This document shows, one piece after another, positions 55,807 through 64,000 of a DNA stretch of 64,000 nucleotides. The stretch is from NCBI GenBank assembly GCA_951406725.2, contig OX597818.1, forward strand, positions 140,864,001-140,928,000, written 5' to 3'. Below the pieces are notes generated by a model. The model ran no database searches, had not been told where the DNA came from, and worked only from the letters and a program-made list of their open reading frames with translations. Both the position numbers and the translations under genes were made by a program. This DNA is from Octopus vulgaris (lineage: Eukaryota). How positions within the stretch are numbered: position 1 is the first letter of the stretch; each line of letters opens with the position of its first letter.

Positions 55807-56228
55807 GCATACTACTACTACTACTACTGATGATGATGATGATGAGGAGGAGGATGACAAGAAGAAGAAGAACAACAACAACAGCAAGCAAACGGCGATA
55901 GCTACACGAACAATAATTAAGAGGATATTGATGATATTGATTAGGAGAAAAATTGTAAGAAAACATTTAATAGAAAAACACGACATAAACATTAAAACAA
56001 GGAAGTAAAATGTAGTGAGTAAAGGAAACGTCTATAAACAAAGGAAATATACAGAAATAGAAAGAAAGAAAGAAAAGAAAACTGAGTCGAGAAATAATGA
56101 TAAAATGAATTGAAGACTCTTTCATTTACTCATCGCTACCATTTCCTTTCCTCTGACGCTGGCATAATCACGCACGTAAAACACACACACCACACATATA
56201 TACACAGTAAATATTATATATGTATGTA

Positions 56229-56286
<58 letters not shown>

Positions 56287-57484
56287 CGTGCGTGTGTGTA
56301 TGCGTGTTCGTGCTTATGTATGTATACTCTACGTCAATCTACATTCTAATTTCACTTTTAATATCGATAGAAATTAATTAGCAATTACAATGATTTGTTG
56401 CGTTTTTATATGAATTAAAGTGTTTGTACTTTTTCTTACAACTATTGTCATTTTTCCGCATTTTTTCTTCCTATTAATTTCGGTAATTTTTTCCCTTCTT
56501 TTTTGGTTTTTGTTTGTTTAACTTCATCTTCTGTTTTTGTTAGCCTGAAAAATATTTGTGCCACAAATAATTAACGGCGACGTAATGACGATACTAAGTC
56601 ATTTATATATCTATTTATCTGTCTCATTTATTTTCTTGTAATTATAAAGTCTCTTTGTTTCCCTCTCTTTTTATATCTTCCCTTTCATCTTTATTCTCTA
56701 TGTTTTATTGTATATTTTTGGTCATTTATATCCGCTCTCCTTAAGCGATTAGATCCTGTACACAGTTTCATCATTTCTAGACAATTAAGAATGGAGCTGA
56801 CTAAGCATTATATATTTATTACATGATATTAATTAAACATTCACGATGATAAATGTTCATATATCATGCAGATGAGTGAGTGATAATAAATTAGATCATT
56901 AAAATTGTGTAATTGTTTCTTTCCTTTTACAGCCAAACTTTGTTTACTTATAAACTCAATATAAGTTATGCCCAAACTCTAAGTTACTAACGATGTTTGT
57001 TAACTGAAAATTAGAAGTATTATTCATAACATACAGAATATTTAGTAATTATGTACTAAGTACTATGTTGTTATAGAGATTCAAAATTTTCTGATCTATC
57101 TCTGTTTTGCTGATCTTAATCATTAGTCATTTTGGAAATAGAAATGTTGTGTTCTATAACAGTATTAATAAAGTAATAATTATTCTGGATTAGCAGTAAA
57201 CTAGCAAAATCGTTACAGCGTCGACCAAATGTCCTAGTTCATTCTGAGTTAAAACCTCTCCGAGTCAGCCTCGCCATTCAACTCTCCGGAAGCGATATAC
57301 AAAACTGTCAAGTAATGGAGTTGATTTGATCGAGTAAGCACTTAGCCCTATACCAGAAAAGATTATTAATGTACTCGATTAGGAAAATGTTTGAAGAATC
57401 GAACAAAAAATTCAAGATAACCGTTTCGATGCTTTGCTTTCTGAGTACAGAGCTCATTGCCGTCGCCTGCTGAAGTGGATACTG

Positions 57485-57552
<68 letters not shown>

Positions 57553-57553
<1 letters not shown>

Positions 57554-58010
57554 TTCTGCCCTCTCTGGTCAATCTCTCATCAACTCTTTCAAGTATCACT
57601 TGAAAAGGAAGGTGAGTGTAGAGAGGGATGTTTTGTCTAGCGAATGTTTCAGAAAAAGATGGGTAAATGTAGCAAGGATGGCACGTATGAATGACGAAGC
57701 CACGTTGAGCATGATCCTATGAACCGTAAAAAATTAAAACAGCGAGTTACTTATTGGTAAATAAATATGTTAATATGTGACATTATTGCCCGAGGTTAGT
57801 TTGGTCTTTTCGTAGGTTTTTCTTTCCATAGATAAACCTCCCCATTTCTTGGGAACTTTTTGCACCATTTTGACTTTTTTTTTGCATATATCCCCGCTGA
57901 TTTCGATCCCTTTTGATTGTTGTCCTTTTTTTTCGCCCCCCTCGAAAGGAAAAACTCTACATTGTAATTGTCCCCTCTGTGTCTAGCCCTGTGTGGCCAA
58001 TAAAGAAAGT
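57553..58010 (+). mobile_element. 3' end of a probable Tx1/L1-like LINE inserted in (TATC)n
   Basis: Open frame 57561-57722 LSGQSLINSFKYHLKRKVSVERDVLSSECFRKRWVNVARMARMNDEATLSMIL*, then UTR ending gccaataaagaaa; TATC repeats on both sides. Confidence 0.6.
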
Positions 58011-59109
58011 TATCTACCTATCTATCAAGCTATATCCGTATTGGCCTCAATAGAAGGGCGACATTCACCTTTCAGAAATAGAATGAAATTTTGTCTCGAG
58101 CTATAAAACCAGTTAAAGACACCAAAGGAGATGTGAAACGTGGTCAGGTGGTCATGTTGTATAGCAAAGAAGTGTTATTGCAAAAATGAGTATGCGAGAT
58201 ATAACAGCAGAATTGGTGAAAAAGAAAATGCCTCACAGTGCAAAAGTAGAACAGCCTTACAATGGAAACTGCCTTATAGTATATCGTTATTTTATGTTCG
58301 AATGCCTCCGAGATCGATTTTGCTTTTCAAATCTTGGGAATAGATAAAATCTGTATTATTTAACTAAGAGGTACAACGTTACCGGTTACTCGATCTCTCT
58401 CCAAATTTTTCATGTATTAATCAGGAAATAGCTGCTATTATCGCTATTGCTCAATCATCAACACTCTTGAGGAGAGAAATACCACCATCTATAATAGCTT
58501 AATAATGTAATATTATATAACAAAAACAGTGTATAAACAAAATTGTTGGCAGTTTGGCTGAAACTTCTTACATGTTATAAGTCAAAATTTCTCCGAAATC
58601 AGCTTTGCTTTTCAACCTCCTGGAAGACATAAATAAAGAACCTGTCAATTACTGGGACGATTTAATCGGCTAAATCCGCCCCACCCAAAATTTATGACTG
58701 AATTGGTGATAATGATAACGAGCAATGTCGATAAAAGAAAATCCATGGGGGAAAATATTAATGTCTAAATGTATTTCGTTAATCGTGGTTTTCTGTATAA
58801 CGTTATTATCTCGTGGAGTAGTTGGAGAGTGAGTTGAAACGGCTCATAACATCCTTTCAGATCGGGATTGGTAGTATGGAAGTGTTTGCTACAGAGGATA
58901 TACGAATCCATTTAGCAAGTAAATGTGCTGAGTCAGTTGGTAGGATATGTTTGGCACACAGGTTCTCAGAACACAAAAGAGATTAAATGAATAGTACAAT
59001 GCATCTCATCCCACGTTTTAAAAGTTCTGCCAGTCCATCGCTTGAACAATTTTTTCACCTTCTCAACATCAACAGGACGACAATTTGGTTTCGGTGGGTT
59101 TCAATATAG

Positions 59110-61365
59110 TGCATAGGGAACTGGAACAATTACAGTTATATCAAACCACACGGGCAAGTTTGAAGATTGCTTCGCAAGAATAATAGAAATCCTCAAGACA
59201 CTGGAACATCAAATGAGGGTATGTCTTATGCGTAATTTCAACATCCCCAGTGTCAAATGGTCCGGGGGCCTCATACTCTCGGGAATGACTCATTGCAAAC
59301 AAGTCCCTGCTTAACTCACCAATACTCTATTCATGGAGCAAATTGCGCTCCGACGGATAAAGGTTACAAATGGCTTCAACGAACATCCCAAAAGTAGCGA
59401 AAGGTTGCCGCCTAAAAACAACACTGTTGGAGACTGAAAAAAGTCTGCAACATTCCTATGTTAAGGAGAGAGAAAACAAAGAAGCTTGGGTTCTAAAAAA
59501 CATAAAGTCAAACCCAAAGGGTTTCTTTCATTATGCCAAAGAAACAGCCTCAGTACACTGCAAAATAGGACCCCTCTTTCATAAAAGACGGCTCCCTCAC
59601 AGATAATCCAACCAAGATCAGTGAAGTACCGAATGACTAATTCTTTAAAAGTGTTTTTTACTACCCCGTTGGAACACAGAAAAGTGAACGAACCAGTGGA
59701 TTTCTTTGCCACGTCACGACAAGAGAGGCAGTTACGATAGATTGCACTTACATTGGGGTGGGGGGAGAAGATATAATACTAGCCATCAGTGGGCGCTGAA
59801 GGTTCTTCGCAATCCTCCTCAAATTGTGCAAACGTGCACTGACAAAACTATTAAACATTCTCTTCCAGGGTCTTCTTGCGAATGGTAAGCTTCCAGGCAA
59901 ACAGAAGGAGGGAATAATATGCCTAATCCATAAAGGAGGAAGAAGAGCAGATGCCAAAAATTATAGGCCTATCTCTCTGACTTTATACTTCAGCAAATCA
60001 TGGAACGAATATTCAGAAGGAAAATTATTGCATTCCTTGAAGAAAACGACTTGCTGAGTGATACCCAGCATTGATTTAGACCAGGTAGGAGCTTCCTGAC
60101 ACACATCTTACAGCACTATGACTGGGTGTTGAAGCAGGTACTCGACAACTCAAATGTGGACGTAACATACCTCGACTTAGCAAAAGCTTTTGAGAATGCT
60201 GATCCTGGTATGATATGCCACACACCGCGCGATCTTTGGTACAGCTGGAAAACTTGGAGAGATGTTACATGACTTTCTGAAAGATAGAAGTCAGATAGTG
60301 GTGACCAATGGTGCCACCTCAAAGGAAATACAATTAGTGATTGGTGTTCCACAGAGCACTGTCTTAGGGCCAATGCTTTTCATTAGTGGCCCTCTCAGAA
60401 AGCTTGCAGCTGCCCGGATAGCCATCCTTGCTAGCTACGCAGACAACACAAAAGTATCACAGAGAATATAAAAGCTTAGCGGTGTTTCAAACCTTCAGCA
60501 GGAGTTGGACGCAATTTACAGATAAGCTGTGGAAAATAGTATGAAGTTTAATGCTGAAAAATTCCAAGCCCTGCGCTACCAGCATCAAAAATTGAATGAA
60601 AAACATAAAGGTACACTGGCCCAGGTGAGGATTACAATTCCAGAGTCCGAATCAGTGCGTGACCTGGATATCGCATTAATGATGATACAATTCTCCAAGT
60701 GCACATTACCAAGATGGAGACGAAGTGCAGACGGCTGGCTGGCTGGATCTTCAGGACCTTCAGAATCAGAGAGAAGGAAACCATGATGGTTCTCTGGAGG
60801 ATATTCGTCCTCGCCACCCGACGACTGATCCCATAAAAAAGTAACGGTGGACCTTGAAACAATCCAGCGAAGCTACAGAAAGAAGCTAGCTTAATTACAA
60901 CAGTTCAGCTAAGAGACTGAAACAGCGAAGGCTCTACTCCTTGGAGTATGTAGTAACATAATTGAAGATACTGGAAGGGATTGTACCGAATTTTTGAATT
61001 GAAAGCTACACAAATGCCAGAACGAGTCGCCACTGCACAGTGCCAAAGATCCCAAAAATTCAGTCGCGTTTCAGGACCGGTTACTGCAACAGCCTGGGTT
61101 TCAAGGGCGAACAGCTTTTAAATATTCCCGCAAAGAGCTTGAGGGACCTACACAAAGTGGATGTAGGTGTTTTCAAAACGAAGCTGGCTCCCTTCTTGTC
61201 GAGAGTCCCAGATGAATCTACCCAACGGCAGGGGACGCAAACGAGGGCAGCGACATCAAACTTCCTTACTCACCAAATAACACATATCAGTGGAGGCTTT
61301 CAATAATAACAGTGTAGCAGAACGGCGACGTCCCAGCATAGCAGCAACTTTGCGCTGGAACCGAT
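59110..61365 (+). mobile_element. Decayed CR1-like LINE ORF2 (EN fragment, RT, 3' UTR)
   Basis: NFNIPSVKW; IKSNPKGFFHYAK; IHKGGRRADAKNYRPISLT; VDVTYLDLAKAF; GVPQSTVLGPMLF; YADNTK; MKFNAEKFQ; VFKTKLAPFLSRVPDE; many frameshifts. Confidence 0.92.
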
Positions 61366-61439
61366 AATATATATATATATATGTATATATAATATATATA
61401 TGTGTGTGTGTATGTATATATATGTATATATAATATTGG

Positions 61440-61822
61440 AAAGCCTTAACAAAAACACAGCAAACGAAAATTTTAGAAAAGCATAACAGAAAATCCATTA
61501 CAATTTCGCACCTTTAACGTTGATATTGTTCTCTTTTGGGGAGACCAATGGCGAAAAGCCACTGGGAATAGCTAACGGACGTGCAGGACAGTGATGAAAA
61601 CAAACACGACAAAATATAATGAACTTGTGCAACAAGCAAGGCAAATATATACGGGATAACGCAAAGAAGAATAAATATATCTTGTATCACTGGAGACAAT
61701 AGGAGGACAGATAGACAGTCAGAACGAAGGAAGAAGTAAGGTATTAGGGGGGAAAGAGAGAGAAACAGAGAGGGAGGAAGGTAAACGAGAGGCAAAAAAG
61801 AGACAAACAGAAATATACGTCG

Positions 61823-61825
<3 letters not shown>
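61440..61825 (-). mobile_element. Probable PLE 3'-terminal remnant between (TA)n tracts
   Basis: CT-rich minus strand, gCGAAAttgTAatgg near 61495-61510, TA-bounded. Confidence 0.3.
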
Positions 61826-61896
<71 letters not shown>

Positions 61897-61914
61897 AGAG
61901 AGAGAGAGACAGAG

Positions 61915-62031
<117 letters not shown>

Positions 62032-62041
62032 CAGCTAGGAA

Positions 62042-62227
62042 GAGAATTCACAAAAAAAAAAGACGAAGACAGGTGGTATAGACAACAAATAGATATATTA
62101 GTATAACGCTCGGGAAGTGAAAAAGGCTTTAACGTTTCGAGCCTAGGCTCTTCCACAGAAAGGAACATAGAAAGAAACGAGCAGAGAAAATAAAGAATGT
62201 GTAGTGGCTAGCGATCTATCATGGCGA
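62042..62227 (-). mobile_element. PLE terminal repeat fragment with a variant hammerhead-like motif
   Basis: Same family as 16907-17097; motif cttt CTGTGGAA gagcctaggctc GAAA cg TT aaag at 62127-62162. Confidence 0.7.
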
Positions 62228-63000
62228 GATAGATAAATATGTTTCGACCCATTAGTTTATATCTCACCAAGTACATCGCTCAAGATATGTCTCACTAAAG
62301 ATCTTTAGTGACGACTGGCTTATTGTTTGATACTGAATCCATCACTTGTTACTTAATATTATTACCGTAACTGCCACTGCGGAATTCCTGAAGTTGATCC
62401 AACGGAAGAGTAGCACAACTCCGGAAGACAATACGTAGCTTAAACAGTTCCGGTGTTCTACTCAACATTTAAACACACGAATTGACTTTTACGTATTTGT
62501 CCAAATTGGTGTTGATCCAAAGAAGGACAGGAGTTTAGATAAACAATAGATAGCAATTACTTTTAATATATCTGAGACCTAATGAGCAACTTAGATAGGT
62601 AGCTAAATATAATTTCAGGGACTGTACAGAAGAAATACGTTTGTACGTTCGCTTGTGTACGTGTGTATTTGTGCGTGTGTGTTTGGAAATATGTGTGGGA
62701 TAGGTTCGGATTAGTTCCCATGGTCATTTTACAACAATAAAAAAAAAGCGAAAATGAACTGTTATTAACACACACGCAGTCACAAACTTTATTGCCATGT
62801 ATCTCTATCTTATCGTTATGACAAAACGAAAGTTCAGCTTACAAGAAATGAATAAATACAATCTATTCTATCTAGAGTGTAAACTTAATTTCACATACTT
62901 AGCAACTCCGTCACACACACACACAAATGTACAAACGAACATACACAGGATTTTCAAAAAATACTTAGACATCTAAATGTATGTGTATATGTGTGTATGT

Positions 63001-63380
63001 GGAGGCGCAATGGCCCAGTGGTTAGGGCAGCGGACTCGCGGTCATAGGATCGCGGTTTCGATTCCCAGACCGGGCGTTGTGAGTGTTTATTGAGCGAAAA
63101 CACCTAAAAGCTCCGCGAGGCTCCGGCAGGGGATTGTGGTGATCCCTGCTGTACTCTTTCACCACAACTTTCTCTCACTCTTTCTTCCTGTTTCTGTTGT
63201 ACCTGTATTTCAAGGGGCCGGTCTTGTCACTCTCTGTGTCACGCTGAATATCCCCAAGAACTTCGTTAAGGGTACACGTGTCTGTGGAGTGCTCAGCCAC
63301 TTACACGTTAATTTCACGAGCAGGCTGTTCCGTTGATTCGGATCAACCGGAACCCTCATCGTCGTAACCGACGAAGTGCT
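63001..63380 (+). mobile_element. SINE family C, full length, tRNA(Arg)-like head
   Basis: A box tggcccagtgg, B box gtttcgattcc, TCG in the anticodon-like loop, ~300-bp non-tRNA body; second copy at 52718. Confidence 0.9.
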
Positions 63381-63400
63381 TTCATATGTGTGTATGTGTG

Positions 63401-63459
<59 letters not shown>

Positions 63460-64000
63460 ATGCAAGCATACATAATACATGCAAAGATAAATATTTTAAC
63501 AGACACTCCACTGTCACAAATACGCATCCACACTTATACAAACATACAAACCCAGTCACACACACGCACGTACATACAACCATACACACATACAAGCAAA
63601 TCGTATCAATCATGTAACCCATATTAGGATACATCAAAGTATTCCTGATTTCAATCACAATGAGCTCTTGCATGAAGCATCTGCACTGCACACAAACATA
63701 ACTACTACACACTCATAAACCAACACAGATACAAATTCACATATACCTATCTGCGCAAACACATCCCATACTTATAATGTTAAGCTGGCATAAATATAAC
63801 TTGCTACAATAAAGTCTTGTCAAAATTATTTACCGCTATAGATGCCTCGAAGCTTTATTTATATTCTTGCTTCTTTGGTTCCGTTATTCTATTTCGAAAT
63901 TCCTACAGAATAAGATATTATGATATATGAAAAATAATTCCCAGACGTAACGAAAATATGAGGGAAGTCTTTTGAAGATTTCCTAATCAGGAAATGGTTC

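Noticed and set aside
63001-63076. tRNA-Arg gene
   Set aside because: No proper acceptor stem, and it continues into a SINE body shared with the copy at 52718.

Overview
AT-rich eukaryotic, non-genic DNA. The repeat content looks like an octopus (cephalopod) genome; this is inferred from recalled repeat families, not a database search. No intact protein-coding gene is supported. Nearly all ORF-track entries are microsatellite translations, and the rest are decayed transposon frames. The window is a dense mix of microsatellites and mobile elements: three tRNA-type SINE families, decayed RTE, CR1-like, R4/Dong-like and Tx1-like LINEs, many Penelope-like (PLE) remnants, mariner/Tc1/pogo remnants, a Tc2-type MITE, a non-autonomous Helitron and a candidate solo LTR. 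The strongest hidden signal is a set of minimal type I hammerhead-ribozyme (HHR) motifs (CUGANGA...GAAA, short palindromic stem III, UH) in small elements beside (TA)n tracts. Several have very long stem II insertions. One ~435-bp copy (1044-1478) is a circular permutation of its inverted neighbour, cut inside the ribozyme, which suggests a circular or tandem RNA intermediate (retrozyme-like). Other notable signals are microsatellite-targeted retroelements ((TAA)n, (TATC)n) and two SINE/LINE pairs with shared 3' tails. Coordinates and alignments were read by eye.
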